Below are positions 24,264-35,860 of a stretch of DNA of 64,000 nucleotides, piece after piece. Position 1 is the first letter of the stretch. Every line of letters begins with the position of its first letter. The notes beneath the pieces were generated by a model. It saw only the letters and a program-made list of their open reading frames with translations. It made no database searches and was not told the origin of the DNA. This stretch comes from Adineta vaga (taxonomy: Eukaryota > Animalia > Rotifera), in NCBI GenBank assembly GCA_021613535.1, contig CP075495.1:14694001-14758000 (forward strand), given 5' to 3'. Made by a program: the position numbers and the translations under genes.

Positions 24264-27133
24264 ATGTATTCAGTATTAATCATAGTTTATTCATTTATGA
24301 TTGTATTTACAATTGTAAATGGGATAACATATTCCGATACGCATGATTATGCTTCGTATGGTATACGTATGGCTAGTACGGATTATTTTGTTGTTCTCGC
24401 ACAAAATGATGCTTTTCAATATGTTGTTTCAATGACTCCGTTTGGATCAGAATATTTTTGTAATTATACTTATAGCACATCGAATGAATTTGTTATTAAT
24501 GTTGCTGTTGGTCGACGTCAAAATGCTTCACAATTATCATTTGTTTATTTAAGAACGAATTCAACCGATGGTTATTATCAAACATTAGGTTTATTTACAT
24601 TTTCACGTATGAACAATGGAACATTATCAAAAGATATATGTAATCAAGTAAATAATTTTAATGAAAGTAGATTGGATGTCAAAGTATGGAATCGTACACC
24701 TTCAGAATTGTCACTCTTACAAGTTGATCTCAATGGAAATTATGCATATGGGTTTCTCTCCAAAGCAATTTTTATTTATGATATTCAAAATCATTTTGTT
24801 CAAGATCTTGAATGGGAAGATATGTTTCCATCGATGAGTATTGAACCATATGCATTAGAGATAGGTGAAACTAATGATGGAATATCGATTGCTATTGTAG
24901 CTGGTTATCGTCTATTGGATATTCGAGAAGCAGTACCAGTTGTTTATCTTATTCATTTGAATCCACCGTATAATATGACTCTAATAGATAATTATACATT
25001 TCTTTCGACGAAACAAAAATTTCTTCCAACAAATTATATGTATCAATCTGATTATGCAATGTCCGTTTCTATCCATGATTCAACTCAACAAGTTCTTGTT
25101 AGTGTATCTCAATTGAGTAAAACATATATGTTCTCATATAATAGTACAGCCTTGAAATTAATCCAGAAATTTGATCGTTCGGCACGATCAATTACATGGC
25201 TTGATAAGGATGGTCTACAGGCAGGTTTCTTACTTCATAATGTACCGACATATCCATGGGCACAATCTCGAATTGAAATAGTCAATATGTCTTCCAATGT
25301 TGTACTCAATGTTTTTCCTAATAATCAACAAACGATAGAGTTATGGTCAAGTACACTACCAACATTTATTCGAATGGGAATAACATATGATTATCAATTA
25401 GTAATACTTACGACGGATGGAACTGTAATATTCGTACGTGCAGCTGATGCTGGTTACTATGCAACAACGGGTGATATAGATAGTGACTTACAACGTCAAC
25501 AAGTTTGTCCTAGTGGAAGTTATAAAAGTATTCGTGGATCAATACCATGTACTATATGTCCGACAATGACGAGAAGTAATCCAACAAGTAATATATTGAT
25601 TATCTTTCTTTTATACAATATATTGTCTTTTTTCTCTTTAATTTCTTCAAGAGGTTTTGTTCAATTCATCAAATACGGCGATGATGATTGAATATCCAAC
25701 TATTAATTGTATTGCCTGTTCATCTGCTTCATTCTGCCCTCTTGCTTCAATAAGCGATATGAATGCCTCAACTATACAATCAATCAGCCAAGCTTATGCT
25801 TATCCAACATCATCTGTAAATCCATCATTCGATGATATACTTATGCAAAATACATTTACATTGCAAAGTACACCTCGTCGATGCCTTCTTATTTCTCCAT
25901 TATTTTGGTCTTTAATTGCATTATTATTTGCTTTTATAGTATTAATCATCATGGGAATCTTATATTGTTTACCAACGAGTAAGAAATATGTACATCGACT
26001 TCAATGTCTTTTTCGTCATTCTGATTTAATTGGAAATGGTGAATTATGGTTGGGTGGACTTGTTTCCTTTTCTGTAATTCTTCTTGTTATCTATGGATTT
26101 TGGTTTGGTTCTGTCTTTGCCAATGTTTATCCAATCGAACAAGCAAGTGCTGCTTATTTTTCATGTGACACAACACTGTTAAATGCTCAATTTACTTCCA
26201 GTCTACAATTATTAGCAACGATTAAATCAGATGAAGAAGCACTCATGTTTAAAATGCTTGATCAACAAGAATTTATAATGACAGTCGATTTTCTTCAAAC
26301 AAGTTTTACGTGTGATGATATTACTACACAGGTAAAGTCTTTATAAATCAATTAGAGAAGTAAAAACATAAAATAATATTGTTTATTTCTTTGAGGAAAA
26401 TGTCGGTACATATTCTGTTACATTTGAATATGATAATTGTACTGTACACGAAAATAATGCAACATTAAGTATATCGTATCATGTACCTGATCATCAAACA
26501 ACTCTACAAATAAATCTAACAGGTAGATTATAGTTTCAATTGAAGAAAAAGCATGATCTTTCAAGTTTAGATTTATATTATATTGGTGGGGTTTATATTT
26601 GTCTTACCGGTCCGCGTATGACAAGCAATGATTCAACATATATTGTACAGAAAATGAACTATTGTGAGTTATTTTCTTCATCCGATCAAACTCTAGGTGA
26701 ATCAACAGAAATCGAATTTTCATTAACGAAAGTTATTAATCGTACCGAAACATTAGACTATGGTAGTATTGTAAATTATACGGGTATATGGATTCCAACA
26801 TCAAGTCATGGAGCACTTAATGATCGTGTTGCTTATGCAAAACGCGGCGCTTTTCTTCGTTATTTATCAACACAACAAACATTAATCATCAATTTTCAAG
26901 AAACTCCTTTTTATGTTATGAATAAACAAGAACCCATAGCACGAGTTGGTGAAATACTCTTTCACAATGTACTTTTTACTACAACTGTTATTGGTATATT
27001 TACATTAGTTTTTCTTGTATTAAAACTGACATTTATGCCAATTGGAATGTGGATTATTAAACATGAACTATTTTTAGCACAGTTGCTTAAATTACGAGAC
27101 AAGTTAAAGATTCGAAACGATAATAAGTTATAA
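24264..27133 (+). CDS. Secreted-domain multi-pass membrane protein with beta-rich ectodomain and Cys-rich ephrin-receptor-like (GCC2/GCC3) repeat; 4 exons
   Basis: Signal-peptide-like N-terminus, many N-x-S/T sites, CPSGSYKSIRGSIPCTICP and CIACSSASFCPLAS, three hydrophobic segments; introns near 25588, 26332 and 26524. Confidence 0.7.
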
Positions 27134-27523
27134 AATACATTGATACATATAATCCTGTTTTTACTTCATTATGACTAATAACAATAAAACTCATATATAT
27201 CTTTATTTGATTTTCAAAAATCAACTCAAACTCGTCTGTATGTTTTATTTTGAATACTATTTATAAATATCTTCAACTTTTAAATGATTAAACTATCAGA
27301 TTCTTAAGAGTTTTATCTCGTATTATATGCAATTTTGAATATTATAGAATGTTTTATTTTTATAAGTAAGGAGATCAATTCAATCATTTATCACATATAA
27401 GTAATAGCATGCAGATCTTTTATTTGATAAAGAATAACATTCGTAAATGTAAGATATAGTATTACAATCACGGTTAGATGAATATTTACGAGAAAAAATA
27501 CGATTATATCGAGTAATTGTTAT

Positions 27524-27932
27524 TTATGTGTGACATAATTTCTTCTGAGCTTCTTTGCCAAAAATGTATTGTAAGCCCTTTTGTACTCGTGTTCGGTCAC
27601 TTGTCCAATAAATTTCATTAAAACGATAGCCTACAGATGGATGTCGAGTGAGACTAATAAATCCAACAAGTAATTCTAATTCTTTTTCTTCATTCTTTTA
27701 AGCCAACATTTGAATTAATGATGCTGCTATTTTCATCGATATCAGGAAATGTCATATCAATATAAGATTCAAAATCGACTTCAGTTAATGAAGCTGGAAA
27801 TGATGAATAAGCCACCGTATTTTTGAAATCATCCTTACCAATACCACCACGAGTTTCCATTAGCCATTGATGGTCGAATTCTTGTTGTAGGAATGTATTA
27901 ACATGTGATTTGATCAAATCTTTTGATGCCAT
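27524..27932 (-). pseudogene. Disrupted paralog of the 28508-29277 gene (unknown family)
   Basis: SSFPASLTEVDFESYIDMTF matches ATFSASLTREDYEYYIAMTF. In another frame, LVGFISLTRHP...VQKGLQYIFGKEAQKKL matches VVGIVSMTQRP...VQRALQYIFGNEARKEL. Internal deletion with frameshift, plus a TAA. Confidence 0.8.
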
Positions 27933-28507
27933 TTAAGCCAAAAATTATCTAGAGAAATACAAGATTTAGTTTTACAAACGAAACATGCGTTATATTATGT
28001 ATAGAAAAGAAATGACTCTTCACGGCTTTACATAAATATGTCGTATCAATCATATGCTGATTTGTTCAGATTTATTCCAACAGTAAATCTAATCAAACTA
28101 TAAACGTTTATGACAAAATTATAACTAAAGTTGTGTACTACAATAAACAATAGATCTACAGAGACTTATCCTTCTTGTTAAAGTCGTTAGATGTTGTGAT
28201 TAATAGCATGTTGCGTCATGATGCATATGTTATATTTTCCCAAAATTAGTCAACTTTTGGTTTTTCCCTCCTATGGTATCTATCTAATAAAAGTTGATAG
28301 AAGGTATATACACTTTGATCACAAAAGATATTGACAATAACAGCAGCAGTAGGTTTTCATGAAAAATTTTGCTGTATTAATATAAAAATATAGATTACAG
28401 TGTCTCATATCGATTATGTAATAGCAGTTTACTTTGGGTAAAAACTAACTGTACATTTTCATATTTCTGTCATAGATTTCACTTAGTATAAATCTGAAAG
28501 ATATTCA

Positions 28508-29277
28508 ATGTCTAGCAAGTGGGGATCAAAGGGAGATAATCAAGCTTCTTCTTCTTACCAAAGTTCTGCATCACCTATGGCACAAGATAAAATGAATCAA
28601 CAATGCTATTCCAATTAAAAACAACATCAAAATGAAACCCGAAACATGCCCTTGCATCCATTACAATCAAAAACATATCAGCAACCAGAACAACAAACTG
28701 GACATGAAAGTCATACAGATGCAAGAAATACAGTGGGCAATGTGGGAGGTGATGAAAAGGATTCTACCAAAGGGAAATCACATAGAAACGCTGTTAAATC
28801 AAACACTTGCAAAATTTTCAACAACAACGATCTGATTATGATTGGTTAACAGCAGCAAATAATGATCCTGGTTCGGATCATTTTCATAAGTCAATTGCAT
28901 CTGCAACTTTTTCTGCTTCATTAACTCGAGAAGATTATGAATATTATATTGCTATGACATTCAACAATGTTCCAGAACATATTCGAGTAAAAATGAAAGA
29001 TTTATACGATACGAAAAATGAGAAACCATCATCGGAAGATTTAATACTTGAAAATCATTCAGACGGTTCACTATCAGCTATATTGATTCAAATATTAACT
29101 GAAACAGATGAACACAACGAATTAAAAATGGTTGTTGGAATTGTTTCAATGACCCAAAGGCCTGGTCGAAATCTTTATGGTATTGCAGTTGATTGGGAAA
29201 ATCAAAAAGACAAAGTACAAAGAGCTTTACAATATATATTTGGAAATGAAGCACGAAAAGAATTAACTCATATGTAA
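28508..29277 (+). pseudogene. Unknown-family gene with low-complexity N-terminus and about 150-aa conserved domain; apparently disrupted
   Basis: The ATG 28508 frame has TAA at 28616-28618 and needs a frame change near 28805 to reach the conserved domain (ORF 28807-29277 has no ATG start). Confidence 0.6.
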
Positions 29278-29795
29278 TCAACAATTATTTTATCTGATTA
29301 TATTTTCTAAACTCGATATCATCATTTGATTAATATATGTCATACTTGAAAAGTTTCTTCTACATTAAAATAAAAATATAAGATTTGTTATTCAATCTTC
29401 ATAAAACTTTTATATTCAAAACAAACTTGAAAATCCATATAGGATATCTGACAAAAGCAAAATATCCTCAATGTATTATGTAAATTAACTGAATTTCGTT
29501 TTTTGTTGTCGTATTGATCTTGTTCAATTACTGGATTAGAATTTTATGAATAAAAATGATCGAAAGTTCATGACACATATCAGCAGAAGATCTATTAGTC
29601 AATATAGTGCAAAGTTTTCTTCATTCTAAATCGAATAATCAATATTGAAAAGAAGTTATTTTAAACTTTTATTTCAAATCGAAAAAGAAAAATATATTGA
29701 GAGAATATTTCTTTAGTTGTAGTCATAACTTATGATATTCGAATAATATGAATTGAACATTAATCTAATAGATTAGAAGAGCTTTCGAATAACAT

Positions 29796-30680
29796 TCATT
29801 TTCGTCTTAATTGTGCTATATCTCTATTATAACAAAACATCGTACATACAACACTTGCAAGAGCAATATCAACGCATAGAAAACTAATTCGAAATTGATA
29901 TACTGGTGGATCTGTCCAAAAGCCAATGAAAATAAATGCACAATATGGTAATCCACTAGCGATTAGAATTCCAACAAGTACGATAACACGTTGAATTAAT
30001 GCTAATTGCCGTTGAGCTGATATAATCAATGATCCAGAAATGAGACAAGCACTAACACGACCTCGAACAGTTAAAATATATTGAATTAAACGATGATAGA
30101 TTACTGCAAGTAATACTAATGGAATCGAATAACAAAACATTGCATAATACATAGTCCAACCATTTGATCGAATTGGTATAATACACATATTCATATGAAG
30201 ATCATATTGAAGTGAATTTGTCGTTGCTAATGGTATCATAGTTCCAAAAATACAAAGTAACCATTGTAAAATAATAAGAGTTAATTGAATACGACGTCTA
30301 TATAACCATCGATAATCATATAAAACAATACGTGCAAATCGTTGTCCAGCTTCCATAACATATGAATAATATAGAAGGCCACAACCACAATAAAAAATGA
30401 ATGCGGATGACATACAAAATGGATTTTCTAATGGTTGACGAATGCCATTAGTTACAGCGAAATCACTTCGTAATGTTGAAATAGCAATAGCAAAATGAGC
30501 AGAACTATAAACTGCAGCTGATAGAAATGTATTACTAGCGAGAAGTGATGAAAGTGAAAGATTTTCACGTTGAGATAAAGTTATAGCAAAAAGATAGACG
30601 AGAGAAACAACTAAAGCTATACAAGTAGTGATCACCATTCCGATAGATCCAAGAAATTCTAACCAATTTGCAGCCATCAT
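29796..30680 (-). CDS. Class A (rhodopsin-like) orphan GPCR, intronless
   Basis: Seven hydrophobic segments, TM3 Cys (NPFC), GQRF in place of DRY, ECL2 Cys, YSIP and GLPY. Confidence 0.75.
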   Translation of the reverse strand: MMAANWLEFLGSIGMVITTCIALVVSLVYLFAITLSQRENLSLSSLLASNTFLSAAVYSSAHFAIAISTLRSDFAVTNGIRQPLENPFCMSSAFIFYCGCGLLYYSYVMEAGQRFARIVLYDYRWLYRRRIQLTLIILQWLLCIFGTMIPLATTNSLQYDLHMNMCIIPIRSNGWTMYYAMFCYSIPLVLLAVIYHRLIQYILTVRGRVSACLISGSLIISAQRQLALIQRVIVLVGILIASGLPYCAFIFIGFWTDPPVYQFRISFLCVDIALASVVCTMFCYNRDIAQLRRK

Positions 30681-31696
30681 AAAAAAACTGATAATAGAAT
30701 GTAAAAAGTAAATGCGAGTGTTCTTGAAAGAAAGAAAAAGAATGTGATAGTACTGAGTATAAATTTTAAGAGCTTTGGAAACGTTCTTGCGTGAGAATTT
30801 CTGAAACGTCATATGATATTTGATCTTTCTACATATTTCATACTTTATTAATTGACAGATTTATTACTCAAAATTCTTACGTATCATGAGAATTCATTGT
30901 ATTCAATTAACATGAAATATACAATGAAGCGATAGAGAAAAAAAAACAAGTTTGATGCAATATGGAAAGTAATTAATTAGATCGTGTATTTCTACTTCAT
31001 ATCTCCACCTGTATGCTTCTCGTCTGGTGAGGATATCTTTCTTTGAAATATTCTTGTATTTCGAAATTGGATCTCTTATATGTATAGCGTGTCTTTTCTT
31101 CTTAATGAAGAAAAAGGATTTGAATCAAGGATGACAGATACTATTATATTTAGTTCACGTACTCTAAGTAAAAACATGTCACAGATGCTAGATTATATCT
31201 GATTCAAACACGAATAAAACCATATGAAGCAAGTTGAATAAGTAAAGCATCTTTTTTTTCCTGACCGTTTTTATTACGATGAAATTTGTCGACGTCACAT
31301 CAAAACAGCTATGGTTTCTAACGATATAGATCATTTAAAGTATGAAACTGTGTTTCTTCGAATTTATTCTATAATGTTTAGATTCTTTTGTTTATTTATA
31401 AGAATTCACTAAAGATATTATGTGATAGTTATTCGATTCAAATCGATTTCAATATTGAAAAGAAAATCAAAACAAAAACAATGTGTGCTCACGTATTTGT
31501 TCTTCGTTTTCTTATTCTTCTCCTTCGTTTCATTGTATGATAGATATATTTCTAGGATAACTGTATGTCCAGTGCATTTTCTTCGCTATTCTATTCGATT
31601 CTTTTTTTAGTCGTTTAACGACATCATTTCATTCGATAACTGAAGATATAAACATCACAACAACAACAACAACAACCATTATAGGTATTATTCATA

Positions 31697-33187
31697 ATGC
31701 ATTATAGTCGAAGTTCAAATTCATTAGTTCGAACTAATCTATCACCTTGGATCGTGGAAATAACACTCGGTTCAGGTTATTATTAATTCTATTGAATTAC
31801 AAAAGGTTGAATTATTTTTCTTTGTTAGGTACATATGGTGTTGTTGAATGTGTACGAAATGTTAATACACGTCAACGTCTTGCACGAAAAACAATTAAAT
31901 TAACAAGTAAACAAGAAGAAGAAAATGAATTACCAGCTACAGCTGTTAGAGAAATAGCCGTTCTCAAATCGATTCAACATCCAACAATTATTTTGTAAGT
32001 TTTGAAATGATAAACAATTTCATTTCTTTTATTCTTTATTTAGATTAAGTCATGTTGCATTTGAACCGATTTATGGTGGTAATACTAATCATTTATGTTT
32101 ATATCTTGAATATCTTCCAACTGATCTTAAAAGATATCTCGATGCACTTGGTCCTGGGGAAAGAATTAATCCAAGATTAGTTAAAGTACAATATAGTTAT
32201 TTGATAGGGGAGGAAAAACAAATAGTTTTTTTCATGATTTATTTTGTAGAGTTATAGTTATCAATTATTAAGTGCTATTGAATGTCTTCATCGTCATCGT
32301 ATTGTAAAATACATCTATTTTTGCTTTATTGTTAATCATATTTTCTTATTTGTTTTTAGCTTCATCGTGATTTAAAACCACCGAATATATTGATTGATTA
32401 TGAAGGTGAACTAATTTGATTTATTTGTAGAAAATAATAATAACGCAGGAGTTTTTATTTCAAATAGGTCATTTGAAATTAGCTGATTTTGGTTTAGCTC
32501 GTCAATGTCATATGCCTGAACGAACATTAACACATGAAGTCGTAACATTATGGTATCGACCACCTGAAGTCTTACTCAATGCACCTACTTATGGTAAATT
32601 ATTTTTGATTTATACATTTTATTTGAATAAGAATATGATTCTTTTTTAGGAACAGCATTGGATATTTGGGGTTTTGCTTGTGTATTTGCAGAAATGACAC
32701 TTCGAGAACCATTATTTCGTGGTGAATGTGAAATTGATCAATTAATACTTATCTTTCGGTAAAGATTTTCATATTCCTATGTTTAATAATTGGTCTCGTC
32801 TTTGTCTCTAGCCTTTTGGGTACACCAACAGTTTCTCATTGGCCGGAAATTGCACAATGTCTTTACTATCAAACCGGTCTACCAAAATTTCCTCTCGATG
32901 ATGTTCAATTGTCTCGTCTTTCAATGTCTCTTCAATGTCAGTTTCTTCAAGTAAACTTTATTTATCATGATGATTTATATTTGTATTTGTACATATAGGA
33001 TCTTTTAATTTATAATCCAAAACATCGCCGAACAGCTCGACAACTTCTTGAAGAACATGAATATTTAGCAGAAGGTGCAATTCTTACTCAAACAACAACA
33101 AAGAATGGTTTAATCGAACGTCCTATTCGTTCAGTTATTGATCGAGCTATTCGACAACAAACTGAAAGTATGCGTACTGTTCGATGA
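31697..33187 (+). CDS. Divergent CDK1/2-like cyclin-dependent kinase (multi-exon)
   Basis: Spliced motifs [69 protein letters not shown]. Confidence 0.92.
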
Positions 33188-33421
33188 ATAAATTCCGACA
33201 TAATATTAATCTTTTCTTTTGAGTGTGTATTTTTACAATTGTTGATTTCCTTTTTATTATTAATAAAACAGTTCTCCGTCTCACCTTGAAATATATTTGT
33301 TTGTATTTTTCTCAAAATTTATTTTCTTATCAAATCGCAACAGATATGATGCAATTATATGTATATATATATAAAGAAGAAAAGAAACGAAAGACGAGAG
33401 TATAGTTTATTTCGATGTGAA

Positions 33422-34866
33422 TTATGATCGAACAGGTTTTCGAAGACGATTTCGTTTTAAATTTGGATCATGTACATTCAGTACATAACTAAGAATTGCT
33501 TTGAAAGCATCGTATGGAAGAAAACTAAATAATATAAATGAAATTCTTATAATGAAACAGTTTTATTTACCTTTTAACGAATTCTAATAGACGATAGGAT
33601 TTTGGAATGTAGAGAAATTTTTGATTTGTAATTACACCTTGAACAATTCTTTGGGCACATACATTTGGTGGAAGAAAATTAACCGAATCAGGACTAAATA
33701 ACATATTTTAAATAAGTTATTTCATTCAAAAGAAACGAAAAGATATCTACATGACAATTTCAGTCACTTTTTTATTCAGACCACCTTTTAATGGACCAAG
33801 TATGGCAACTAAAAAGCGAAGAAAACAACAACTTTTTCTTATGAATTTCAAATTTTCATTGACTTACTCGTTGTATTAACTCCTGAACATTTCGATCGAA
33901 AAAGTTCATCTTCTACAGATTCCATATAACCTAAATCCAAAAAGAAAATGAATACCATTCCATTTCAAATCATAGCCATGTTTTAAACATACCAATAATG
34001 GCAAATTTCGATGCACAGTAATCTCCTAAATGTGATATCCCAAAAAGACCACAATTACTAGAAATAGCCACAATATGTCCTAAATAAGATGACTTTTATT
34101 ATTGTTATTTTCAAAAACAAAAAAAACAAATCTTACCATAATGACGTTCAATCATTGCGGGAAGAAAAGCTTGATTGATCTAACAATTAAATAAATTGAA
34201 AGTAACATTTTAAAAGAAATTTATTGAATTCCTACATGATAATGTGAGACAATATTAACGTTAAATGTTCTTTTAATATCTTCCGGATTAAGATCGAGAA
34301 TATTTTTACATGTCACCACACCTGTGCTAAACATTATTAACGTTTAATTTCTCCTTTTTTTCATAGATTATTAAACAGAAATCTACCCGCATTTTGTACA
34401 ACAATCGAAACATTTCCAATATCATGTCGAATTTTTTCTGCCGCACGATGTATTTCATCCGGTACTCTATTTAAAATATTAATTAAACACAAAACTAAAC
34501 ATCATAAACCATCTATTGAATAACATACGTTATATCTACTTTCATCGCGACCATTTTACGATGATTATATTGCGTATATAATAATTCGTATGTTTTCTGA
34601 TTTTCACTTTCATCTATATCCCATAGACAAAGAAATGCACCGTATTTAGAGAATTCTACAGCAAGTGCACGACCTAAAACACCGCCAGAACCTGTAATTA
34701 AGACAATTTCATCATTGATAGCTTTTTTTGGCGCTGGAAAGATTGAAAATACAATAGCACGAGTAAATCTAAATGAAAGATTTTGAAAGAACATCAGTGT
34801 ATTTATTACATTGACTTACGCCATAATAATACGATAGAGACATTCAAAGAGACTGATGGATGCCAT
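33422..34866 (-). CDS. Short-chain dehydrogenase/reductase, SDR16C (RDH10/RDHE2/HSD17B11-like), multi-exon
   Basis: EIVLITGSGGVLGRALA, QNAG, AFLPAMIE, YCASKFA. Confidence 0.9.
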
Positions 34867-35260
34867 AGTTTATATGACTGATAATAGAATTTGTTTTTTT
34901 GTCTTCAATAAACGAACGTTTTATAAGATAACTAAAGAATGAAAATCGTACTCAGCAGAGACAGCTGATAAGAACCAATGGGTGAGTCACAATCAGCTGT
35001 TACGATCTACTCATTTTCAAAAGGAAATTAGTTGAAAACAATGAAAAGATTTTTTTCTTCTTCGAGCTAATCGAGAAGTAAGTATGAGAATGTCGAAGAA
35101 ATTTTCGATAATGAAAGTTGAAGGAAAAGAAAATGGACTAATGGCATCTATTGACCAATGAGAAAATGAGTAGAAATAGTCGACGTGGTATCTTTAAATC
35201 TAAACTGATTTGAGTCATTTTTTAAAACAAAACTCATTTAAAGTTGATTTCTTTTCTCAA

Positions 35261-35734
35261 ATGGCATCAAATATTTCAATTGATCAACAAAAATTAATCA
35301 TTGATAACAATGATAATCTATTATCTTATCAAGATCCACCTAACCTTGGTATTATTCTTCTTTTTTGTTATTTTCCAAGAACTGAAATGTCAAAAGTAGT
35401 AATTTGATTTTTAGGTACAGATTCTTATGGAACATTTCTCGGTGGATCGGAAGGATTATCAGCTATGACAACTGTTTCCTCGTATCCGAATGCATTAGGT
35501 TCTCGAGAGCCAACAATTATTGTTCTTGGAGGTTGTCCAGCTTGTAAAGTATGTGTACATTGTAATGAATTTGTCGAATAATTTCTCTTATTCTGTATTT
35601 AGACAGGCATGTTGGAAAATGATTTTACATTTTTAGGACTTTGTTGTGCAATTTTCTTATTTCCAATTGGAATTCTATGTTGTCTAGCATTCCGACAACG
35701 TCGCTGTAATTTTTGTGGAACAATTTACGATTAG
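35261..35734 (+). CDS. BRI3: Brain protein I3 homolog (3 exons)
   Basis: Spliced [50 protein letters not shown]. Confidence 0.88.
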
Positions 35735-35860
35735 AGAATGTGAAACATCTGTGATTCTATCTTTGCATTTACTTCGATAATGATTAGATTTATTTATTTA
35801 TTTATTTATTTTGATATTTGATTTTAGATTTGACTTTTTTAATTTCTATTGTAAATAGAA

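Noticed and set aside
5990-29277. Alternative genetic code or stop read-through explaining in-frame stops
   Set aside because: Conserved genes end in TAA, TAG and TGA normally and have no internal stops; the lesions include frameshifts.
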